Source: Macrostomum lignano (lineage: Eukaryota). From it: DNA of 64,000 nucleotides. The notes beneath the pieces were generated by a model. That model saw only the letters and a list, made by a program, of their open reading frames with translations. It was not told the origin of the DNA and made no database searches. The translations under genes and the position numbers were made by a program. Numbering within the stretch: position 1 is the stretch's first letter; each line of letters opens with the position of its first letter. Shown here in pieces: positions 1 through 36,954 of this stretch. The stretch lies in the NCBI GenBank assembly GCA_002269645.1, contig NIVC01000932.1:1-64000 (forward strand), in the 5' to 3' direction.

Positions 1-1263
1 AATTGCTTTCATGCTAATTTGGCTAGGAATTCTGTTCAACATTTAAACCTTTTGAGATTGCATATTCTTGATTTGTTTTGTAAATTTATATGCAAATTAA
101 TGCTTGATGCTAACAATAAAATTTAGGAAAGCATTCCATACTTTATTGGCTGTGTACTAAACCTAGTGCATGCTTCCCGGTACAATCTTCTGAGCAAGGA
201 ATGTAGAACAAGTGTGTAAAATTGATTATTTACTTTAAAAAGTCAGATAAAGTATCAGTTTGCACTTCAATGTATTCTTTTCGTACTAATGTCTACGCTC
301 GTACCTTGAAAGCGTGTAAGAGGGTAGTTACCTAGCACCGGGCCTCTAAGCACCGCAATGGTTATGATTTAACCTTTCGGGAGAGAGTGAAGACGTTCTG
401 AAGTTCAAAATCGAAAAATAACTTTGATGTCGCATTGGAGCTTCCTTGATTTACAGGCTGGTTTGGTAAATGTTAAATGCACATTTTGCATAAAAATTGC
501 ACTTAATTATCCAACAAGGCTACTGATGCTTAGTAGCAGGGAATGCGCGTCGTTTTGCTTTATCAGTTAAGCAACAGTTCCAGATACAGGCCTATCGTAA
601 TCACTTCTCAATGCAGGGTCGTATCCATTCCAAAATAAATAAATTTCCAGAATTGCGATATTTTCCTGCAAATCCCGCAGCCCTGGTCACGGCCTTTCTC
701 GCTGTCCGAGCTGCTCAGCCAAGACTGATGCCGGCAATCCAGCCTATCAGTCCAATGGTCCAATGTGCAGCCACAGACAGATTCCTCTATCTGTGCCACT
801 GCCATTCTTAATTTGCAGTGACCCATAAGCTCCTCAAGAGCCGGACAGATTTTGAGTACCCTAAAGCGCTAGAGGCGACCTAGTCTGGGCTAAGCTTTTT
901 GTCTGCACAAGAATTCAGAGGGGCGCTGCTGCTCAAGCCGGTTTCGCTGCTGCCCTGCCTACTAATATTGGATATAGGCCACTGCTTGCGACGGTTTCTT
1001 CTGCTTTCCACTCTATCCCGGCTCTTCCAGCTGGGCGCCTGTCCAGAGGCTTTGGCCACGTCGCTGTTTAGCGCGGAGCACGAGATCGTAAATCCCCCAA
1101 AATCCCTGGATCTGGCAGCGAGGCGCGAACAAAAAGAGTGAAGGCGCTCGATTCTCTGCTGAATTGAAAAGCAGCGACAGCCTGAGCCGGACAAGGAAAT
1201 GCTCTCGGTGCATTTCAAAGCTTCAAGGCTTGACAAAAACAATAGCAGACAGTGAACAATACA

Positions 1264-2524
1264 ATGAGCACAAATACGGCCACCAGTACTATTGAGCCAC
1301 CAATGGCGGAGTTAGCAAACAATGCAACTGCAGACGAGCCCTCAGTGGAGTTTCTTGTAGTCAGACCATTCACTTTGCTTCTGAATCTGTTGGGCACCGC
1401 ATTGTGCTCCACTGCTGTCGGCGTGTTCCACAAGAAGTACCAGCTGACTCGAGATGCGTTCGAGTTCGGCCTGCTGCTGTTGCAGTGGCTGCAAGTCATT
1501 TACTGCGGCATCGCCACCATCTTTGTAGCCATGGACCTGCTGATCTGCCTCACCGAACTGAGCGACCATCCGGCACTGCTGCACTCTTTCACGGTAAGAT
1601 GAAGATTCCTGTTGCCCTACATGACGAGGAGGAACCAGATTTTTTTTGTACTTTTTAAAACACCTAGGTCTTCTACTCGCTGACCTGCGCCGCTCTGATC
1701 CTGAAGAACCTGTGGACCCTGTGCGTGTCCTGCTTCCGTTCCGCGGCCACCATCCGGCCGTTGGCTTTCCGCACTTTCCTGACCGTCCGCTTTCAGCTAG
1801 TCGTGTTCGGCCTCCTGCTGGCTCTGTCAGTCGGCTGCGGCCTGTTCTCTCTGGCCTGCAGCTACGCTGTGCCCGAGGCCGATCGTGAGCGAGTGCAGAT
1901 CAACTACATGCTGCCTCTCATCCGCATCACGCAGTCCTACATACCGTGTTCGGCATCCTGGCCACTTCGCTAGTCCTGGCCACCTACCTGTTGCTGTACA
2001 GGCGTCGCGCTCGACAGCTGAACATGGTCACTGCGGCTGGACGGCGCAGCTTCCAGCGACAGTCGGCTCGTGCCACCTGCATCGTACTCTGCCTGTCGCT
2101 GTCATTCACAGCCTTTGAAGCTCCTGGCGCCGTTGTCAGCCTGATGAAAAACCTTAGCAAATCGCAGATCAGCGTCTTTTACATGCTCAGCGACATGCTG
2201 ATCAGTCTGGACAGCAACTTCAACTTCTTGGTCTTTGTGACTCTCAGTAGCAACTTCCGTGCCGCCCTGCTCTGCTCACTGAGGCAGTGCTGCTACTGCT
2301 GCTTCAGAGCTAGAGGCGGTGGCAGAGCTTCCCTGAGAGGCGCCTCGACTAACCACCATTTATACTCTTCGGTGGCGGCCTCGAGCCCTAGACAACGCGG
2401 CGAGTTCTTTGGCGCCCCGACAGCTGCCGCTACCACGGGCGCCACGGTGTCTGGCGAAGACGAGGAGATAGTTGAGCTGGCCTCCGTGGCGCATTGTCGG
2501 TCGAAGAATGCAGTGTCGCATTAG
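1264..2524 (+). CDS. Rhodopsin-family (class A) peptide-type GPCR, 2 exons, with a 1-bp frameshift
   Basis: Exon 1 1264-1593 (ATG at 1264; GT donor 1594) and exon 2 1668-2524 (ctAG acceptor) join in phase 0. Seven hydrophobic segments, a DRY-like SCFRSAATIRPL, TM5 YIP|VFGIL, TM6 FTAFEAPG, TM7 DSNFNFLVF plus helix 8 SSNFR. The frame switches at ~1945 (ata cc gtg), so one base is missing. Confidence 0.8.
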
Positions 2525-4576
2525 AAAACTGATAGGGAAAGATAAATGCGGAATAAATTTACGATAGCTGTTGTACCTTACTATTCAGTAGATAGCAGTT
2601 GTAGTGTTTGAGTACGGATTGTCATCGTGATAGCGGGAGAATCGCGACGCTTTAAACTCTTAAATATTTATGCTTCTCTGTCGTGAAATCCCCTCTAGTG
2701 TAGTGTTGACTTTTAGACAATGTTAAAAATATTATCGTTGCTTGCATTGGGTGAGAGTGTCTCTTCAGTGTTTGTTATTTCTTTTGGCTGAATTTTGTCG
2801 TCAATGTTTTGTGTTGTGTCCGTTTTAGTAGCCTGACAATACCAACCGTATTTGTCTCTCTAATGCCTGGTGCATGCCAAGCTCATTAGCAGGTAAAACC
2901 TGTGACGACTCTTTCCCAAATTAAAGTTGTTTTTCGTCGTGTCAGTTTTTTTCCAGCAAAATCATTCTCAGCTAAAGCAAAAACACTTTCAATAGTTTTA
3001 CACATCTGAAATTTATGTTATAGTCGGACTTCAAGTGCAAGTTCGGAAATTTCGGTTATTCAATGCTTCTTTCTCTGTTTGTTATTGTTGAATGGTATTA
3101 ATTTGATGTAACTTCGTACTTATTGGCAATTTCTATCCATGACCAGCACGAGAGAGCAATCGATGGACACACTCTAAACGTCCCTGCTGCGGCTGTGCAG
3201 TCCTGTCTCAGTCCTGTCTCAGGTCTCAGTCCTGTCGTCCAGAGACCTGATGAGGCGGGCTCGCGTTCCAACCAGACGCCAGAAGTTGGTCTAAGCCAGG
3301 AGTATTCCCTGGTCTAAGCCATTGCCTGAGGCGATCAGAAAGAAATCTGACTCTCCTGCATCAGCCCCCACCAGGCCGGGTGCGCCGTGGCCAGGGACAA
3401 ACCGTTACTCTGTTAAAAACTTTTCACGCTGACGTGCCAACCCGTCTGTATTGCAAATACGTGCGTAGTTATACATTTATTCGTCACAAATAAATAATTT
3501 AAGTCAAATGTAGGTCAGTTTTTGTTTAGCTAACAAACTGGGTGGAAAATAAGTCTTCAAAAAGTTCAGATTTTCATTTTAACTCGATGCAATGAAGCTA
3601 AATGTGAATTTGACTATTCTCAGTACTGCTAGTAAGTTTGTGCTCAAAATTGAGACTTCTGTGAATTCCAAAAGAGCTATTAGTGATAAATAATTGAAAG
3701 CATGACAGAGATAGGAGATACTCCTACGTACGTACCTGCACCATGTACGCTCGTAGTTGTACTAGTTTTTACAACCCATGAAGTTACGCAATGACCATTC
3801 AATGGTCGTTCTATCAATTTAACCACAATTCTATGGTCGAAACGGTAAGATGCCTTGCTCCTAAGAACCCAGGAGTACTAGATCCTCGAGTTCTCTATGG
3901 AGCAATTTTCTTACTTCAGACTGGACTCAGAAAGCCGAGCTAATTTTTTTTCGATTTGTGCTTAAAATCATGTGACTCCCGAGGATTGGAGTTTAAAAAA
4001 ACAGGGAAAAAAATTAATTATATTTTTGTTGAGAAAAGCTGAATTCCTCTTCGTGTAAGTGGATTTCGTTGAAATAAGAACTGAGGCCTGACAGTTCACT
4101 CTTCAGATTTCTAGATTCAGAATTCTGGGTCAGACTGTCCTCAGCCGGGCCTCGTAATCCGCCTCGGGCTGACAGGAAAAATTTATTAGCCCAGAGCCGG
4201 ACCTGGGCGACAGCTCGCGCATCCGGTCACGCCTCGCGAGCAGAACTGATTGGTGGCAAGAATTGTTCTCAATGCAAATGATTGTATTTGTCTGATGCTT
4301 GTAGTTAGCTCGTATTCATTCGATAATTAGCGTCAATTTGGTGCCAGATTTTAAAACAACAACAACAATGAAGAAAGCAACGACAATAAAAATACCGGAA
4401 CAAATATAATGGCTACTATGCATTATTACATACAAAAGATTCCTACATTGAAATTGAAAACAGCTTTTCGTACATGATCTACATGTACAACAATACATAT
4501 GGATAAGAAAAGATACATATTAATCTAAAGTAGCTGACATGTGTACAAAACGTTATTGGTTAATGAAGGTAATACG

Positions 4577-4930
4577 AGGGGGGCCGTAGCCCAGCGGTAG
4601 CGCAGCTGCTCTGGTGTGCCGTGACCCAGGCTCGATTCCAAGTGCAGCCACATTAATTTGGGGCTGGATTGGAATTTCGGCTTGGCTCGCTTGTGCAATT
4701 AACGGCCTTGAGAGCCAACCCCCAAGGCGCAGTGCAGTGTACATGCCTAACGATAAATAAAGTTAGGGCCGCTGTACACTCCTGTGTGAGTGTGTGCCTG
4801 CGTAACGTATCCGCGCGCTTGTATGCCTGCTCAGGGGAGTCGGCGGAATGGGCAGTAATGCCTCTCGCCGGTTGTGTGCCAATGACGCTTAAATTGCGCC
4901 AGGGTGCACACAACCCCCCTGCCTCTAATA
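4577..4930 (+). mobile_element. tRNA-derived SINE (family A), full length, with 12-bp TSD
   Basis: Head ggggccgtagcccagcgg (A-box-like) and ggctcgattcc (B-box-like). Perfect direct repeat gaaggtaatacg at 4565-4576 and 4931-4942. A closely similar copy lies at 40588-40941. Confidence 0.85.
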
Positions 4931-5954
4931 GAAGGTAATACGCTCATGTGTTCTCTCATAGGCTGGGACACACCTTAACTATTTCTTAGTTTACACATTG
5001 ACAAATTGTGTAGCTATTTATTATGCGGTCTGTATATTTTGTCTGTGCATGCAGTCTTTGTGTATGCTTCCTCATGCAGTGCATTTTTAAACAAATTTCG
5101 TTTTGAAACGCTGAATTTCCATATTTGAATCATCTTGGTAACAATAATATTGTCTGAGCGGCACGTGCAGACAGAAAAAAAGAGCCAAGTAGTATGATGA
5201 GCTTTCGGCAATGAAATTCACTTCAACTTACATTCTTACAACCTGAACACATTGTAGGATTTGAATAAATATTTGTATATTTCTTTAATTTTTAAAATTT
5301 AAGATATGAGTAGGCAGTATCGGATGTTTAGTTTATTTCTCGCGTGCACCCGCAAACAGCCATTACACTAAATTTTTTAAACTGTTTTAAACTTCACACT
5401 AAGCTAGCTGTATAGCTGGGCATGATCACATGCCGAAAAGTACATTTTTGAGACGCTTACTGCAATAATAATAGTAGTGTACACAGCAGCACAGAGCGAT
5501 CTATGTAAAAACCAGACATTAAACGGGATCCGTTGGATCGAAGGGCACAAACTATCGAGCAAAGGTCAGGCAGCAAGACTTTTCAGTTCTTTCCGTACAG
5601 CCTCAAACCAGCCTCTGATTGAAGGCGTACAAACTTCATCTGCTAGTTGGAAGTCGGGCAGTGCAAGCAAAGTTTCTGAGAGTTTATGCAGAATTTTGAG
5701 AATCAAGAGTTGCACCGTCATGCTTAGTAGCGCGTCTTGTAGTGGAAGCGAGGATTAAGCGATAACAATGCATAAACTATAATTTGTGTAAGCTTTACTA
5801 AATGGAACAATATGTTAGAAACAGCATTAGAATCGCGCGTCCTACATGCAATGAAGTCAGTGGAAGAGACGCAGCTCGGATGCGGCACAAATCAAAATTT
5901 TGCCCCATCCTCTGCAATGCATTTCAACCGTCAGGTTTTTCGGTTGTCGCTGCT

Positions 5955-12627
<6,673 letters not shown>

Positions 12628-14794
12628 CTCTGCGAAGTCGGGCAGGTGGGGCGCTTTCTCTTCCGGCCTCTGCTTGGGGCAATAATTCTTTTAGAGAGGC
12701 AGCCCGAGCGAGTCCCAGCTGCTTTTGTTGGACGGAAGTCTTAGGGCTCGGCTCGGCTCGGCTCTTCGTTCACTCACTATTTCTCTCTTCTACCGCTTTC
12801 TCGCTGCAATGCGACCCGCTTGAGCACACAATCTCTCTCAGTCCAACACGCCCCAGCTATATTAGGACACCCAACCAGTCGTAGAAGAAGACTCTCGGAC
12901 TCCAGGCTGAGTGTACTCGCTCTCCAATCTCATTCCCTGACTAACGCAGCGTCGAGTTTTGCAATACCCCCCGTGCACAACTGCTTGGGCCAATGGAAGC
13001 TCAGCTCATTATAGCGGGGGTCTCCCCACTCAAGCTATGTTGCGAGCTGCTCTGAGACGTTCATCTAATTTGCTTTGGAGTAACCCACCTTTATCACTAA
13101 ATTCCCATGAGATTATTCGAGGGTTAATATAAGTCTTACTAGTTTTCGAAACCAGAGGAACGGGCCGCATTGTACAAGTAGTACTCACCTGTAGTACGGG
13201 TGTTTTCTGCTTCTGTATCTGCATGTAAACAGCTGCCAACTTAAAATTCACAGCTAGTGCCACAGAAGTTGAGCATGACTGGGGTGGTTTCTTTCAAACT
13301 GCTGCGTTTCTAAAATGCTTCTAATAGCCAATGCAGTGAATTTCTGGAGTGGAGTGCATGAGGGTTGCAATGCCAGGACAATGCCAGGAGTAGAGTGTGG
13401 CTGCGGCCGCGACGCAGCAGTCCTCAAGCACCAACCCCTGACACTGAGGTATTCCCGTCCACGCGTACTCCGTCTGTCCATGGCGGGGTGGCGCACGACC
13501 AGGTCAGGCCAGTAACCGCGGGGTTTGTTTTCTTTAAGTTTAGACAGCCATTTTCAATTGAGTTCTTGACTCGGCTGGTTAGTGCGCTTAATTATGAGGC
13601 TTAAGAATTTCAAGCAAGCAAGGTTCACAGTTTCAATGGTCCACGATATCTCGGTTCACTAACTCAGGTTCACACGTGTTCACACGTTCGTGGGTTTATT
13701 CATTAATAAATTTACACGTTCACATGTTCATGTGCTCACTGGTTTGCTAGCCTGTAAGTAGTGGCTTTCTTGTAGAAGCCTAATAGCTGATATTTGCATA
13801 TATTTATAGTTGTTGTACACAAAACGCAAAATACACAAGAAAAAGAGAAAAGCGACATCGCGCGGTGTTCGGAGTCAGTGCGCGAGCTCAGCTCTCTAAT
13901 TAGTGTGCACATTGTTTTCAGCAAGCATTCGACCGGCCGAGAGTGATGGACTTGCCAGAGTCGATGCTCACGTCGCGAGCGCAGAACAAAGACCTGAAGT
14001 TTTTGAGCCGTGACGGCACTGGTTGTTTACGAACTTTCTACGCTAGTGGATGAGAATACTACATGTAATTATAAAACTCATTCTATTTTAGGGAAAATGC
14101 TTGCCAACGAAAGCCCGAAGTACAGCTACGAACTCCCGCTTAGGTCCCTCCTTTCGACTCCCAAGGAAGTTTAGTATTAAGCTGACATATAATACTCATT
14201 TTATCCCCGTAAACGACCTGGAATAGTATGAAGATGTTACTATTATCAGTAGCAAGTCACCCGCCATATCAACAGGTGGCTCCACCAACACCAGCTCCAC
14301 TCGAACAGGTGCACTGACTACAGGCAGACCCGCTTTGCAATGCCTAACCTGAACCACAGATATCAGAATAACCAGATGGGCCACTCAGCACATTTGCGTG
14401 CAAGCTACTTTCAGTTCAGTAGTAAGTTAAACAGTAGCATTTTAATGTATTTTTAAAGATAAGGCTCATTTATTGGCTGTTACCCCCAATCTTAAACCCT
14501 CAAACTCCACACGGAACCTCTGCCTCTGCCCCGCCACCCAATTTTTATTACCTTCCTCGGTTGTTCCAACCTAAATCTGCCTTGTACATTTCAGTGGCCA
14601 ATGGACATTACTGCTGAACCAATTAGCAAGCTGTTTACGTCTGCAAGCTTGTGGGTTTCTGAACGTAGAAGTTTTGCTAAGTGTATATGCCTGAGTGGCC
14701 CATTTAGTTATTCTACTATCTGTGAACTGAACAGGAAAGTCTGTGAATATCTGATCTCACATAACAAAACCGACCTCTGAGAGATGTACATGGT

Positions 14795-15093
14795 CCTAAA
14801 CGGCCATGGATTCTTTCAGAGACATCTCGTTGCAAACCGGTTGCCTTCCCACCTGTCCTTTCTGTGCCACGGGACAGCTTCACGTCACCTTCTGCCCTCA
14901 ATTCAATAAGGCGCGACACAAACACCACCCCCAGCGGATGGACGAGCTGACCACCCCCCGGACAACATCCGTGACCTTCGCGCCTTCGTCGAGATACCCC
15001 CATGGCTTATTTTACCTTTGGTTGAGATAGGGGTCTCCTCGGCCTAATCGTGGCGCCTGCACCCACCGCCAGGAGTAAGTAAGTAAGTAAGTA
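14795..15093 (+). mobile_element. 5'-truncated, decayed non-LTR retrotransposon (LINE) 3' end with (GTAA)n tail
   Basis: Frame-shifted remnants GHGFFQRHL...CPFC...[12 protein letters not shown] match the C-terminal CCHC zinc knuckle of I/Jockey/R1-type ORF2. Ends in gagtaagtaagtaagtaagta. Confidence 0.6.
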
Positions 15094-15137
15094 CTACTTT
15101 CAGTAGCCTACTAGGGCAAAATACGGTAATTCCTCAC

Positions 15138-17792
<2,655 letters not shown>

Positions 17793-18361
17793 GCTGCTAT
17801 CGACGGCCTTGAAATCGCACCTTGAAATAAAGTAGCCTAACTAAACTTAAAGGTAACTCAATACGTTTAGCGCGAACAATGGTCTCGCCGGAGAAGTGGC
17901 ACTATTTGAAGAGAGCTTTATCAGGCTGGCACAGTGCGTGCCACCTGTATCTGTTCCCAGGCTGGTAAAGCAGACAGTCAGATTGGGACAATAAATTAAA
18001 ATAAAAAATAGTGCTAACTTCCTTCTCCCGTGTTTCTATGGTGCGATTTGCAGGTGAACAAGTTGGGATTAAAATTGAGCAATTTCGCATTATCGCAACA
18101 ATTAATTATGTGGACATATTGATTGTTGAATAGATTGCAAAACTGCACCGGGTCCCACGCAGTGATTGTCGCACGTGAGTCTAGAAAATCTTTTCTTATG
18201 CCTCCGAGAAAGAATTTCCCTGGCTTTTCAATGGTGCTGCAATGCGGTTGTATCTGTGGGACAATATTGATTCAACTGTATTGAGTTATGTGCTCAGGGC
18301 TAGCCATGGCCCTTTGCCAAACTTTTCTGCTTATTACGCAGCCTCTTAGTGTGCTCTATTC

Positions 18362-18952
18362 ACCCTCTTCTATCCCATCTACACCCTCCTCTATCCCAAT
18401 TACAACCTTCTCTACCTCCCAGATCCTCAGTCGCTCCAATCTACACCCTCCTCTATCCCATTTACACCCTCCTATATCCAATCTACACCCTCCTCTATCC
18501 CAATTACAACCTTCTCTACCTCCCAGATCCTCAGTCGCTCCAATCTACACCCTCCTCTATCCCATTTACACCCTCCTATATCCAATCTACACCCTCATCT
18601 GCACCCTCCTCTATCCCATTTACACCCTCCTATATCCAATCTACACCCTCATCTACACCCTCCTATATCCAATCTACACCCTCCTCTATCCAATCTACAC
18701 CCTCATCTACACCCTCCTCTATCCCATTTACACCCTCCTATATCCAATCTACACCCTCCTATATCCAATCTACACCCTCCTCTATCACATTTACACCCTC
18801 CTATATCCAATATACACCCTCATCTACACCCTCCTATATCCAATCTACACCCTCCTCTATCCAATCTACACCCTCCTCTATCCCATTTACACCCTCCTAT
18901 ATCCAATATACACCCTCCTATTTCCAATCTACACCCTCCTCTATCCCCCTCT
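18362..18952. repeat. 21-bp minisatellite (ctatccaatctacaccctcct)n
   Basis: Directly visible, between the lipase and bestrophin-2. Confidence 0.93.
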
Positions 18953-19199
18953 CCGCATCTGTCCCCGTCCCCCTCGATTAGTTTCTCTCCGTACAAATGA
19001 CTTCCTTCCCTCAGTCGGAGACGAGGGCGCACCTCAAGAATGCGGCCTATTGGAGACACGGCAGAATTATCCGTTAGCCAATGAGGCAGACCGAAAGCAG
19101 ATGAATGCTAATAAAAACAGGATGAAGGTGCTTTGAAACAAGCTGGAATCAACAATTTACGAGCTAAAATTCAACTGCACTGTGAGAATCGACTAACAA

Positions 19200-33878
<14,679 letters not shown>

Positions 33879-34460
33879 CTGAACTTGTTCGCAGTCCCGC
33901 ATAGCGATCGTGATGAAGCACCCTTTTTAGCATCGATTACATCAAACTTAAAGCACTACAGTTCTGAATTTTTTATACATGCAGTTCTCTATTCTTGTAA
34001 TTTAATGCATGTCACAATGTCTGACACATTGATGGTGGCAGTTTAGGGTAGATCACACCAGCCTCAAGATTTCGAGCGTCAACCGGGAATAATATAACGA
34101 AATCGAACCAGGGCACTCGGACGGAGGGTTGGACGCCTTAATAATAACGCACTGTAGATTTCAACCATTACCTCAAATAACCCCAATTTCTGAAGGAGTG
34201 AACGAGAAAAGTTCATTTTGATTTATAACCTAATAATTTTTACCTATAGTCTCTGCGCCTTATGCAAAAACATGCGAGTTGGATAAATAGATAGAAGTAA
34301 TTAGATTTTATTTCATTATCCCAAAACTATATGCCGCAGTACTGTGCTATGTCATGATTTATTGCTTCATTTTTCATTCAAGCTTTCACTCTTACGAGCG
34401 TACATCCCGAATCCGACTAAAAACCCGTTTAACATTAAATCGGTTTCCACCCTCATCAAG

Positions 34461-35048
34461 CAAAACTTCAGAGATTCACTCGTTGACCTCATCAAGCGAC
34501 ACTTCAGAGACCAAATAACTTCACTCATCAAGCGACACTACAGAGACCAAATAACTTCACTCATCAAGCGACACTACAGAGACCAAATAACTTCACTCAT
34601 CAAGCGACACTACAGAGACCAAACAACTTCACTCATCAAGCGACACTACAGAGACCAAATAACTTCACTCATCAAGCGACACTACAGAGACCAAACAACT
34701 TCACTCATCAAGCGACACTTCAGAAACCAAACAACTTCACTCATCAAGCGACACTTCAGAGACCAAACAACTTCACTCATCAAGCGACACTTCAGAGACC
34801 AAACAACTTCACTCATCAAGCGACACTTCAGAGACCAAACAACTTCACACATCAAGCGACACTTCAGAGACCAAACAACTTCACTCATCAAGCGACACTT
34901 CAGAGACCAAACAACTTCACTCATCAAGCGACACTTCAGAGACCAAACAACTTCACTCATCAAGCGACACTTCAGAGACCAAACAACTTCACTCATCAAG
35001 CGACACTTCAGAGACCAAACAACTTCACTCATCAAGCGACACTACAGA
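34461..35048. repeat. 36-bp minisatellite
   Basis: tcatcaagcgacacttcagagaccaaacaacttcac, about 16 copies. Confidence 0.95.
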
Positions 35049-35641
35049 GGCGTAGTTGCTACCTCAGTCGATCTACCAATTTACCAGGCAACGGAATGTT
35101 TCCTCTCATTGTATTCATTATATCTGCGCGTGTAAGTGCTCGTAGGGCCTGGAACCATCAATATTATTGAGGTTATAGTGGGTCATATACGGAATGCAAA
35201 CTGAGTAGGTTCAAATAGAGAAAAGTCCATAAAGAACTGCCTCCCCTCGGGCTGTGCAGCCGGCTCTCTATTAATGAGCGTTGGAGATAAAACTGCCAAC
35301 CAGCGGGATGTGTGAGTATGAGGGTCAGAAGGTCCCTTCACTGCTCAGCAAAATGCAATCTCCCAAAGTGAACTCAGCTGCGTTTGACGAAAAATGCACC
35401 ATTTAATAGTCTGACAAGTCGCTGGGCTCCCTATCCGACTGGGAAAACCAGCCTCACGGCTGACTGCATCACGGTCGGATCCACCCGCCATCGCACTAAA
35501 GCAGCCCATGCAGCTTCATCCATCGCAGATGCCTCGCCGGGCACTCCCGGAGCAGACATGTGAGCCTCAGCCTCAATAGTGATCGCGAAGCGAGTTTGAG
35601 AGTGACAGAAAAATAGTCTGGAAAGGCAGAGAGAGAAACGG

Positions 35642-36857
<1,216 letters not shown>

Positions 36858-36954
36858 AATTATCGCAGAAAGTGACTTTCTCCATATTCCCTAGAGATTC
36901 GGTATGCACAAGTGCGGGGCCATCCGCTGTGACCTGCGCCCAATTCCAACACTC

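Noticed and set aside
3240-3300. CTGATGA as a hammerhead ribozyme core (also at ~36828, 37471 and 57436)
   Set aside because: No stem II closed by GAAA and no stems I/III in the required arrangement.
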